64,000 nucleotides of DNA from Eledone cirrhosa (taxonomy: Eukaryota). This document shows positions 50,620 to 61,609 of the stretch, piece after piece (position 1 is the stretch's first letter; the number at the start of each line of letters is the position of its first letter). The notes below the pieces were generated by a model that was given only the letters and a program-made list of their open reading frames with translations, was not told where the DNA came from and ran no database searches. The position numbers and the translations under genes are program-made. The stretch spans positions 163,618,001 through 163,682,000 of the forward strand of contig OZ024743.1 of NCBI GenBank assembly GCA_964016885.1, in the 5' to 3' direction.

Positions 50620-52480
50620 TGTATAGGGTCATACCAAATGACTGGCATAGCAGCAGCATTGTTTACTGCTACAAGGGTAAAGGAGATGCTCTAGATAGGG
50701 GAAACTATAAAGGCATTAAGTTAGTTGACCAGGTCATGAAGGTCACAGAAAGAGTTATAGCACAACTAATCAGAGATCGAATTGATCTAGATGAAATGTA
50801 GTTTGGGTTTGTGTCTGGTAAAAGTACCACAGATGCTCTTTTCCTTGTATGACAACTACAGGAGAAGTACCTAGCTAAAAGTAAACCCTTCTACTTAGCT
50901 TTTGTTGACTTGGAGAAAGCCTTTGGAGTCCCCCGCTCCATTATCTGGTGGGCCCTTAGTAAACTAGGTGTAGATGAATGGCTTGTGAGAGCTATACAAG
51001 CCATGCATAAAGAAACAGTTAGTAAGGTTAGAATTAACAATGAATATAGTGAAGAATTTAGCATAAAAGTTGGTGTTCATCAAGGCTCTGTCCTTAACCC
51101 CTCCTATTTATTATTGCCCTTCAGGCTATAACAGAGGAGTTTAAGACCGGTTGCCCATGGGAACTTCTATATGCAGATGATCTAACTCTCATGGCTGAAT
51201 CTATGGCTGAACTAGAGAAGAAATTCCAAACATGGAAGCATGGCCTAGAATCAAAAGGCCTTAAAGTTAACATGTCTAGGACTAAAGTTCTAGTATGTAG
51301 AAAGGAAAATAGGGCACAAGTGCCCTCTGAAAAATGACCATGCTCAGTGTGTAGGAAAGAAGTAGGCAGAAATTCCATTTTATGTCCCAAATGCAAACTA
51401 TGGGTACATAAAAGATGTAGTGGGATCACATGTAAGCTATCTAAGAACGTAGATTTTATATGTGGCCGATGCTCAGGTGCAATAAGTAGCAAGTGCCCAC
51501 AGGATACTAGCTCCTTCTATTGCATAGATGGTTCTATAGAAATAGTGGACACCTTCTGTTACCTGGGTGACAAAATCAGCAGTGGTGGAGGGTGCTCTGA
51601 AAGTACAGAAGCCAGGGTCAGAACGGGATGGAAAAAGTTCAGAGAGCTTATACCACTATTGGCCACTAAAGGTTTCTCTCTAAAAATGAAAGGCAGACTG
51701 TATGATGCCTGCATATGAACAGCAATGTTACATGGCAGTGAAATATGGGCATTGTGTGCAGACTGGAGAGGAACGAAGCATGCATGCTCCGTTGGATGTG
51801 TAATAGTAATATACGTGAACGGCAAAACATAAATGAACTAAGCGAGAAATTAGGAATAAGAGGGATTAGATGCTGTTTACTTGAAAGAAGACTACGTTGG
51901 TATGGTCATGTGATGCGCATGAAAGACGACAGCTGTATAAAAAAGTGCAGGGCGATCAAAATTGATGGAAGTTACGGAGTAGGTAGACCCAGAAAAACCT
52001 GGGACGATTTGATAAATTCCGACCTTCCACACTTACACCTCTCTAAGACAATATCACTGGACCGAGATCTTTGGCGTCATGCAGTAATACAGAAGACTCG
52101 CCTTACCTATGTACAAAGCGAAACCTACAGTCAGTGGGCACCTCTTAACCAAATATACACCCCAACCCCTACCCCTACCCCATCCTTCCACTCCCACCAA
52201 CACCACCCTTTCTCTATAACATCCAGTCCAAACATAAGAGATTATGTAGGTGTCACGACAAAAAAAACACACAGTCCACGCTGTAATGTGGTCATGTAGG
52301 TAACACGGTAAAAAGCTCCCGGTCAATACTGTAAATATGGTTGGTGTTAGGAAGGGCATCCAGCCAGATAGTCCTATACGAGTGAGACAAGGTCACCCGA
52401 CCTATCTTGCCTCAAGTGGGACAATTCCTGTCTAACCCATGCTAGCATGGAAGATAGAGGTTAAACGATGATGATGATGA
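50620..52480 (+). mobile_element. 5'-truncated RTE LINE (K/L-related), decayed
   Basis: RT, PHD and C-terminal motifs, 3' UTR, GATGATGAT tail at ~52467. Confidence 0.93.
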
Positions 52481-52482
52481 TA

Positions 52483-53310
52483 TAGGGACAGAATTAAGTT
52501 AGGTTTATGAATCTGGAGATGGCCTTCTGTAATCTGGTAGGCATTAAGAAAGCAAGGTGTAGACAAATGGCCTGTTAGGGCCCTACAAGCTATGTATAGA
52601 GGTGCAACTAGCAAGGTGATAATTGGCAATGAGGGCAGTGATGAATTTGAAATGCAGGTGGGGTTTCGCCAGGGCTCCTGTCCATTTCTGTTTTTCATTA
52701 TCCCTCAGTCTATAACTGAGGAGTTACAAATCAGCACTCCGCAAGTATTCCTGTATGAAATTGATACCTTCAGTTGCCAGGGAGACTCCATCGAAGTTGT
52801 TGACAGCTTTTGTTACCTAGGTAACCTAATCAGTAGTGATGGAGTATGCTCTGAAAGTGTAATAACCAGAGTAAGAACAGGCTGAAAGAAGTTTAAGGAG
52901 TAGATACCTCTGCTGATAACAAAAGGTTTTTCTTTCAGGGTAAGGGTAGACTGTATGATGCTTGCATACAAACTACATGGCAGTGGGACATGAGCTTTAA
53001 TTGCAAAAGACCTGTTATAGCTAGAAGGAAATGAAGTGAGTTTGCATAAGTAAGCTGGGAGAAAAAGCTAGGGCAGACAAATCTCAGTGGATTGAGAAAA
53101 AGCTAGTGCAGACAAATCTCAGTGGATTGAGAAAAAGCTAGTGCAGACAAATCTCAGTGGATTGGAGTCGTGGATGAGGCAAACCCAGGAAGATTTGAGA
53201 CAAGGTAATGAAAACTGACCTGAAGAAATTGAACCTTACAGCAGAGATGACGAAGGACCATGAGAATTGTTGACCTGCTGTATTGGAGAAAACCCACCTA
53301 GCAGCATAAA
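52483..53310 (+). mobile_element. Internally deleted old RTE fragment containing a 34-bp x3 tandem repeat (~53059-53163)
   Basis: IEVVDSFCYLG; GAGAAAAAGCTAGTGCAGACAAATCTCAGTGGATT repeated. Confidence 0.8.
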
Positions 53311-53361
53311 ATGTCCCTACCTAGCCATATATATCTCATTTCCTTATTCCATTATCACTTC

Positions 53362-53945
53362 TTAGTAGCATATAGTTATGGCCCTTTATGTTCTGAGTTC
53401 CAATCCTGCTGAGGTTAGCTTTGCCTTTCATCCCTTTGAGGTTGATAAAATAAAGTGCTAGTAACATACTGGGGTTGATTTCGTTGACTTATCCCTTCTC
53501 TTCAAATTGCCTGCCTTGTGCCAAAAGTAGAAACCATTATTATTAGTGGATTGGCAGTATGGGTAGAGGGTCGGACGCCATGCTTTCCAGCATAGTTACG
53601 TCCCTTTACGATCTGAGTTCAAATCCCGCCGAGGTTGACTTTGCCTTTCATCCTTACGGGGTCGATAAAATAAAGTACCAGTAATGCACTGGGTAATTGC
53701 TGGCCTTGTGCCTAAAGTAGAAACAATTATTATTATTATTAGGGCGGTGGGTTGGCAGTATCGGTAGACGGTCGGACGCCATGTTTTGACGCATAGAGTT
53801 ACAGCCCTTGCCATTCTGAGTTCAAATCCTGCCGAGGTTAACTTTGCCTTTCATCCTTACGGGGTCGATAAAATAAAGTACCGGTAATGCACTGGGATAA
53901 TTGCTGGCCTTGTGCCAAAAGTAGAAACAATTATTATTATTATTA
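53362..53945 (+). mobile_element. Head-to-tail array of three family A SINEs separated by (ATT)n
   Basis: Copies at ~53362-53544, 53545-53740 and 53741-53945. Confidence 0.9.
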
Positions 53946-53965
53946 ACACTCTGCTTCTTAAAAAT

Positions 53966-54330
53966 GTGGAGGCATGTGGCCTTGTGGGAAGGGTGTTGGA
54001 CTTATGATCATAAAGTTTTTAACCCTGTGGTGAACTGGTGTCTTGTCCAAGGGGAAGTCTTGTACTCTCAGTTGATTCACTCCTCAAAACCAGGATAAGT
54101 ACTGGCTTGATGAGTCTCCGGGGGAAAGTCTTGTACTCTCAGTTGGTTCATGCCACCAAAACTAGGGATAAGCACCGGCTTGATGAGTCTCCGGGGGACT
54201 TGAGACATTCTTTAATTCTGTGATGGACTGGTGTTCTGTTCAGGAGGAAGTCTTATACTCTCAGTTGCTTCACGCCACAAAACCGGAGATAAACACCAGC
54301 CTAACAATACTCTTGGCTTGAGACAGACTT
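53966..54330 (+). mobile_element. tRNA-headed SINE-like element with an internally triplicated segment
   Basis: GGCATGTGGCCTTGTGG head; GGAAGTCTTGTACTCTCAGTTG three times. Confidence 0.55.
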
Positions 54331-54464
54331 TTTCTTAAAGATTCTAACTACAATGAGACACCAAATATAGAATCATCCCACATTGGTAGTTGGACCCATA
54401 TTAGAGCTCAAACTGGTGAATCAAATAGTAATTAAACATTACACACCAATACACTATATATATA

Positions 54465-55700
54465 TAAATAGTCAGCTTGGAAGCCTCTACATGCAGATGG
54501 GTAAATCTTCTTAAAAGATTTATTAGTCTCTATGTTTCGGATTCACATCCATCAACAGGGGGTGGTTTTCCGAAGGGAAAATAAAAACATTGTTGAACGT
54601 TGCTGGTTGTATGATTCAGTTTAAAATTGAGGGTCATTCGTTGGATTCGCGTATGAATGGTTGTTCTTCTGTTTAAATTTTTTTTTAAATTTTGATGGTT
54701 ATTCATTGGACCTGTGCATGCATGGGGTAAACAAAAGGTTGTTCTTGATATTGCTGCTGTAACTCTGTGTGTGTGTGCGCGTGTGTCTTAGCCAATATCA
54801 CACTAAGCATAGTCCGCCTCTCTCGGATCTGCTGTTTATTGGAGGCTCTAATCGATTTGTCCGGAGAGCTTCCTTCACCCTTAGAGTGCCAATGATATGC
54901 TCTGTTGCTAGCACTGTGACAGTGAGTATCTTGTTTCCGCACTTGACAGTGTGCTTCTGGAAGGACGAGGCTCTGGTGCTGACGTGCTCCTTGATACGTA
55001 TATGCAGCGGTTGGATAGTGCTAGCGATGTAAAATCCCTTGCACCTGTCACATTCGATCTTGTACACAATGTATGTGTGCAAGCAACAATTAGTGTGGCG
55101 TATCCAGCAATTGCTGATGGAGCATGTATTTCCGGTGTTATGACGTTTTTTGGAAAGGCATCTCCGCAGGGAGGGTCCCGAGTGGGCCAACTGGATGTCA
55201 AGACCCTCTCTTCGTATGGCTCTGCGGATAGCACTGATAGTTTTCTCACCTAGGTATGGGATCTTGAGGAAGCATTTATCCTTCATGATTTGTTGCTTCT
55301 TGCGCCTGGGGTCTCTTATTCTGTTGGTGAAAGATGCTGGATATCCATTGACCTGTGAAATTGCTTGGCGTGGGTGATACCCCTCATGGGATCACTGCAT
55401 CTGTCTTTTATCTGCTTGATCTCGAGAGAGGCGGACTATGATTGGTGTGATATTGGGTAAGAGACGTACACAGAGTTACTGCAGCAATATCTAGAACAAC
55501 CTTTCATTACCTTACACATGCGCAGGTTCAACGAATAACCCTCAGTTTTAAACTGAATCACACAACCAGAAACATTCAATGAAGTTTTTATTTTCCCTTC
55601 GGATGCAAATCCAAAATATAGGGACTAATAAATCTTTTAATAAATCTTTTAAAAAAATTTACCCATCTGCATTGTAGAGGCTTCCAAACTGACTATTTTT
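54465..55700 (-). mobile_element. Penelope-like element: GIY-YIG C-terminal ORF (54798-55286) flanked by inverted pLTR copies
   Basis: LKIPYLG, YIVYKIECDRCKGFYIAST..RIKEH, LRVKEAL..PPINSRSE; 54465-54822 is inverted at 55425-55697; degenerate hammerhead at 54525-54562 on -. Confidence 0.88.
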
Positions 55701-56501
55701 CTTATTCCACAATGTTTCAAACAAACCTGAACACTCTCATATATATTTGGTTGTCAAGTATGAACTTTGTAGAAAAAAAAAATTCTACAAATTTCATACT
55801 TGACGACCCAATATATATAAACGTATATTTTACCATATGTGTCATCTTAGTGTTCTGGTTCTGTATATCAATGGGGTTAGACAGAGTGCTAGGGCTATAG
55901 TATATATATGTGAAATATATAATATAGCTACTCAACTACCTGGGTCAACTGAGTTTCTTCATGTGAACTGTAAATCCTAGACAACTGTTTGCCCTGTGAT
56001 ATCTTGGGTTCTTTATCTGATTTATGGCTGTAAACAAAAGTAGTATTGGAAATTATTATAAATGCCATAAATGAGAGGAAAGGGAGGGGAAGAACAAGAA
56101 CTACTAGACAAAGGAAGAAAAGGGGAAGGGAAGAAGATGACAGACTCTACACCTAGGTCAGAACGGTGTTTTGGTTGTGCCCTGGGGACAAAATGGCCAA
56201 GGGATTTCTGCGGACAATGGCCAGTGACACCTGTTGCAACAGCCATCCCACCTCGTGGGGCAATGTACATGTAAGTGTGTGTGTAAAAGGTTTTCATTCA
56301 TATAATATCTGTTTATTTATTTTTTATCAATTTTATTCAATAACATTTGGATGCAACTTTGAAATTCAAGTTGCATGATTTTAACTTTATTCATACCAAA
56401 CCACCTGAAACTGCCCCTGATTCTGTGATACAAAACTGTTTATTTAAAAAATTTATTTTTATCTAAAGCCCTTCCATCATAATTTTATGTAAGGGCCTTT
56501 T

Positions 56502-56742
56502 CTAACTCTTTCATGACCACATTTCTGATGAAATATTCTCTATTTTAATTCATTAATGAAAAATTTTGAGGGATTTACTAAAATTATTAATTATTTTATT
56601 AGTAAGATACTAACTTAATGTAAGGGTCTTATAAAAAATTATGTTGGAAGATTTTCATTTAAATTGGAAACCTTTAAAATTGATGGTTTTAATTTCATAG
56701 AACCAGAGTCGGTTTTTGGCTGGGTTGGTAACTGAAGGTTAT
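56502..56742. mobile_element. Copy of the TTAA-flanked MITE family
   Basis: Highly similar to 59877-60125. Confidence 0.65.
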
Positions 56743-57227
56743 ACTTTAAACGCCAGTTTAATAATGAAAAAGTTATGTTGCTAAATTGTTCCAAATTCTT
56801 AATTATTTTCAGAAAATCACTGTTTTATGATAAGGAAATGGTTAAAATCTTCCTTTTCATATAGCTTTATGAATAGTTGGGTTGGTTTATGATGACTGTT
56901 GGCTGGTCGACAGGATTTAATCTACCCAGTTTGTTTTCTTATCTATTTTGATATATCTGGATGTTTTATCATGATATTAACTGAAATTGGCAAGAATGAC
57001 AATGTCTCCATTTAGAAGTTTTATATATTCCGTTAAAGTAAACCCTAGGTAGAGAACTAATTGGATATTTGATTGCATCCCATAAACCCCCACATATTTG
57101 ATAATCTTGTTTATGACAATGCTGCACAGATTCCATCACTTTCGCTTTTGGAGGAATTTAGTAATATAACTAATTTTCTCATTATTAAACCAGTATTTGG
57201 AAAATAATTTACAGGTCTTCTTCTTCT

Positions 57228-57565
57228 TTTTCTCTTTTTTCTTCTTCTTCTTCTCCCACTTATGCCTGATAGGGTCATGGGGACAGAGTCCTCAATCACT
57301 CCTTCTAGTGGGTCCCGTCAGAAGCATTCGAGACCAGCCAATAATTTTGCTTCAGGTCTACCCCTGGGTCTCTTGCCAGTTGGTTTTGACCTTAAAATCT
57401 GTCCAGTGATTCTTTCCTGAGACATTCTAACCACATGCGCATAGTATTGGAGCGGTGATCTCCCAATTCGGAAAAGTAGCAGCTCGACCTGGAGCGACTG
57501 TCTAATCTTCGAGCTGTGCACTCTATTAAGTAACGTTACTCCAAAGACCCTACAGAGGAGCCCCA
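57228..57565 (-). mobile_element. RTE 3' fragment of another family, with (GAA)n tail
   Basis: LQYYAHVVRM..KPTGKRPRGRP. Confidence 0.75.
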
Positions 57566-57959
57566 TTTAACTTACATGTTCTTAAATAAAATTAAGATGG
57601 AAGGTTTATAGATAAGTTTAAACAATCTAAAATAAACAGTTTTGTATGATAGAACCACAGGCTGTTTCAGATGGTTTGGTATCAAAAATGTTAAAACTGT
57701 ATGGGTATTACTTTGAGGGAGTTGGTGCTATTACTAGCAGTTCAATCTACTGTTTAGCGATCCATTTGTGATGTTGATGTTAGTGGATATGTTCGTGTTG
57801 AAAAAGGGAATCAAAATATTCATTAACTCAAGCAAATAACTTCAAGTGGACTTCATTAAATCAGAAAATATAGAATTGATGAATTTTTTCATAATTTCAA
57901 ACTTCTTTGCCTTAATGAGATTTAACCAATCATAATGAAATGTCATGGCATGCTGCTGG

Positions 57960-58455
57960 GGCACCAACACCACCACTACCACTATCACCTCCATTATTAC
58001 CATTATTACTATACAACCATAGTCAACACCATCACCATCACTGCCACACAACTATAGTCAATACCACCACTGCAATCATCCCCACTGCTATAATTACTAT
58101 TACTATTACATTATTACATTATTACATTACATTATTACATTATTACTATTACATTACCATTGCCACTATTGCTATACCACCATCATCACCACTACCACTA
58201 TAATCACCACTGTTGCCACCAATATTACTACATAAACATTGTCAACATCACCACTACCGCCACCACTTTTGCTTCACCCCAACCATCATCACCACTACCA
58301 CCAATATTACTACACAAACATTGTCAACACCACCACTACCGCTGCCACTACTACTACACAAATGTCTGTCAATACCACCACTACCACTACAGTACTACCA
58401 CCACACCACTACCATCATCACCTCCACAAATACTACATTGTTGTTGTCAACAATA
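57960..58455. repeat. Low-complexity (CAC/ACT/ATTAC)n tract
   Basis: Directly visible; generates spurious His/Thr-rich ORFs. Confidence 0.9.
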
Positions 58456-58539
58456 ATGGATCCTCCTTCAGATTCTAAGATGATCAATCAATTCAATCAA
58501 TTGACTGTCCAACTCATGAATTAATGTGTAAGTGGTTGA

Positions 58540-58725
58540 ATATTGCACAGTATGTGACTAGGCTGATCTTAGAGGGACAGGCAATCTGATGGACTTCCAC
58601 GCAGTTTGTATCTACCAAATTCCACTCACAAGACATTGGTTAATCTGAGGCTACAGTAAAAGACAAGTCTAAATCCCAAATCATGTGGTTGCGAAGCAAA
58701 CTCCTTAACCACATAGCCATGCCTA
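58540..58725 (-). mobile_element. Diverged tRNA-derived SINE, family B
   Basis: Minus strand begins AGGCATGGCTATGTGGTTAAGGAGTTTGCTTCGCAACCACATG (tRNA-like head). Confidence 0.55.
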
Positions 58726-59876
58726 CATTTAACAAAAATGTCTTAATTAGAATTATGATGAAATATTTTCATATAAATGTGAATATTTAAAAGCAGGCAG
58801 TTTTGTATCATAAAACCAGGCATGGTTTCAGGTGAGTTGGTTTCAAAGGAGTTAATGAAGTGTATTAATATGTTTAGTTTACACAGCATACTCTAGCAAA
58901 GAAATCCTCTTTAGCTCTTTTTTAACCCTTACTTTACTCAGCATGCACACACACAATTATACACATACATACATGCATACATACACACACACATACACAC
59001 ATATATATATGCTAAACGGTGATGATGATATGTATGTAAAAAGTAAACAGAAAAATATCCACAACCCAGAGATCTGACCTGGCCTATATGTATCCAAAGG
59101 CCAGACGTAGCCATTAAACTGAGCAATGAATTAACTACATGAAACCTCATTAGCAAGACATTCTTGAAAAGTACCAAACAGTGCTGTGGCTGCATCACAT
59201 TAATAATTAAAGTCTTCAGTTTCATTTCCTGCAAATTTTCACAATTTGAATTAACAAACCATAAGAAATCAAATTAGCAAGACATTTTTGAAAATTATAA
59301 GACTGCATCAAAGAACAATATCAGGAACAAATACTGCAAAGTATGTTGTCTAATAGCTGCTGATGAAGACCATCACCAGTTTCTTTGATGTCAGAAGTTA
59401 ACCTGACATAATTAAACTGCTTTGTGGTATATTTCAAGCCCTCTGAGCTCAGTTCAAATACTGTCATGGTCAACTTCACCTTTCATTCTGTCAAGGTCAA
59501 TAAATAAAGTGTCATGTCAATACTAGGGTCGATTTTTTTTCTATAGATTTCTTTCTCACTTCTCTCTTGCTCTTTCTCGCTTTATTTCAAGATGTTACAG
59601 TATAATTTGTGGGAGATTTGACTGCTATTTCTTGCAGTTCGAGTGAATGAGTAGAAGCTCCTTCAGTTCATGTTACACAGGTTGATTTCAGTACACTAAA
59701 AGGAAAGGAGTTGATCATCAGAACAGACTAAGGAAACAATGTTTCCAATGGTCTTTCCATTAATGATACGATCACCTGGCAGTACATTTAGAAATATAGA
59801 AATTAACATTTTGTTAGTATCAAGTTGTTTATAATTTTTTCGTTATATTTTTATATCTGGTTGTTGTTTTCAATTT

Positions 59877-60125
59877 TAACCCTTTCATAACTGCATTTCT
59901 AATGAAAGGCACTCTATTTTTTTTTTTTTTTAATTCATTAATGAAGAGTTTTGAGGGATTTACTAAAATTATTAATTATTTTATTAGTAAGATACTAACT
60001 TAATGTAAGGGTCTTATATAAAATTGTTGGAAGATTTTAATTTAAATTGGAAACCTTTAAAATGGGTGGTTTTTATTTCGAAGAATCAGAGCCGGTTTTG
60101 ACTGGGCTGGTAAATAAAGAGTTAA
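59877..60125. mobile_element. TTAA-flanked non-autonomous DNA element (piggyBac-like MITE)
   Basis: TTAACCCTTTC...AAAGAGTTAA termini; related ends at ~56381, ~57695 and ~58855. Confidence 0.6.
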
Positions 60126-61609
60126 TATAAAATGATTAAATCTAATTTATTTCATTTTTTCTTTGCTTTACTTATATGTGGTAGAGTGTTTAGTGTTAGC
60201 TTTGTTTATGTGTGATAGACTACTAAATATTAGTTCTCCTTATGTGTTGTAGAGGGCTAAGTCTTAGCTGTTTATTTGTGGTAGAGTACTAAAGCTTAGC
60301 TCTATTTGTGTGTGGTAAAGTGCAAAAACTGGTCACAACTCCTGGCTGTACACTAGAAACTATAGAGTATTTTAAGATATAGAAATTATGCATTTTTTTT
60401 TTTCAGTATTATGTTAGTAATTTTTTTCTTTATATTTTCGGATCTGTTGTTGTTTCCAATTTTAATATAAATCAAATTTTTTTCTTATACCTAAGATTTT
60501 GTGTTTGTGTGTGTGTGTACTGTATTTGCCAGCCTACTGGACGTACTTTTTTTTCAAAAAGAACATATAAAAATCTTTCTTACATCCGGTACACATGTAT
60601 CACCAATGGGAGGCCAGACAGAGAATGAGCACAATCATGATTAAGAAAATTTAGTTTGTATTACTATTAGTATTACTGATACAGTTATACAATACAATTT
60701 ATATAAGCAAAATGATGTCAAACTTATATAAGAGTTTCTGAAGATGTAAAGTAATGGCTAGGCTTATGGCTATTCAGAACATTTTAGAGTACCTCCTTTC
60801 TTTCCAGCAAAGGTAACCAACACAAGATATTGGTACATTCCTTACATTATTTACCTTACCGTAACAACTCAATATGGATGACAAATGTTCCTTAATAGCC
60901 TGACAAATTTAATAAAGAATCCAAACACCACTTGCCGTTTGTATTAAGCTGCACCCCATTTGCCAAATGCGGCACCACAAAACATTACAGGAGGCAGTCT
61001 GAAGTTTTGAATCTTACTCCTAGTTTTTGTAACCAAAACGAATAAGCGACATACTGCACGTCTGTTCGAATCAGAGGTAGAGTTTGCAATATTCTTGCAT
61101 TTTAATTTTATTTTTGTGACTAACCCATGACTCAAATTCAATGCAGACACTGCTACACAACTGCATTCAAGCTCAATGTCATTGTGTATCCAAAGAACCA
61201 TGGCAATAGTGCAGCAGAGCGGTACTTTGAACTACCACCAGCAAAAAAAAAAAAAAAAAAAATTATCCGTAGTTGGAGAAATCAAGAACAATAGCTACGT
61301 AGAAGTAAATAGATTTTACAGAAATATGTTGTAGTTAGCTATAAGTATTTACCCAGATTTATTGTAGTGGTATTTTGCCTCTTACTTTTTGTATGTTTTT
61401 GCTGATATACTGGAATTTGCTTTATTATTAATATCAGTAGATTCCATTTTAGCTGTTGTGGACTTACTGCATGTGTTGTACAATGAAAAAATCAATGAAA
61501 TAATTTTTAATAGATTTATGAAGGAATGCACTCTAATTCTTCTGGGCATGGTAGTGGAGGGGGGGGGGGCTATTTTAAGGAGTGGATTAGAAGGGGTTGG
61601 GAGAGGAGG

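Noticed and set aside
57842-58524. His/Thr/Pro-rich ORFs
   Set aside because: Products of a trinucleotide low-complexity tract.
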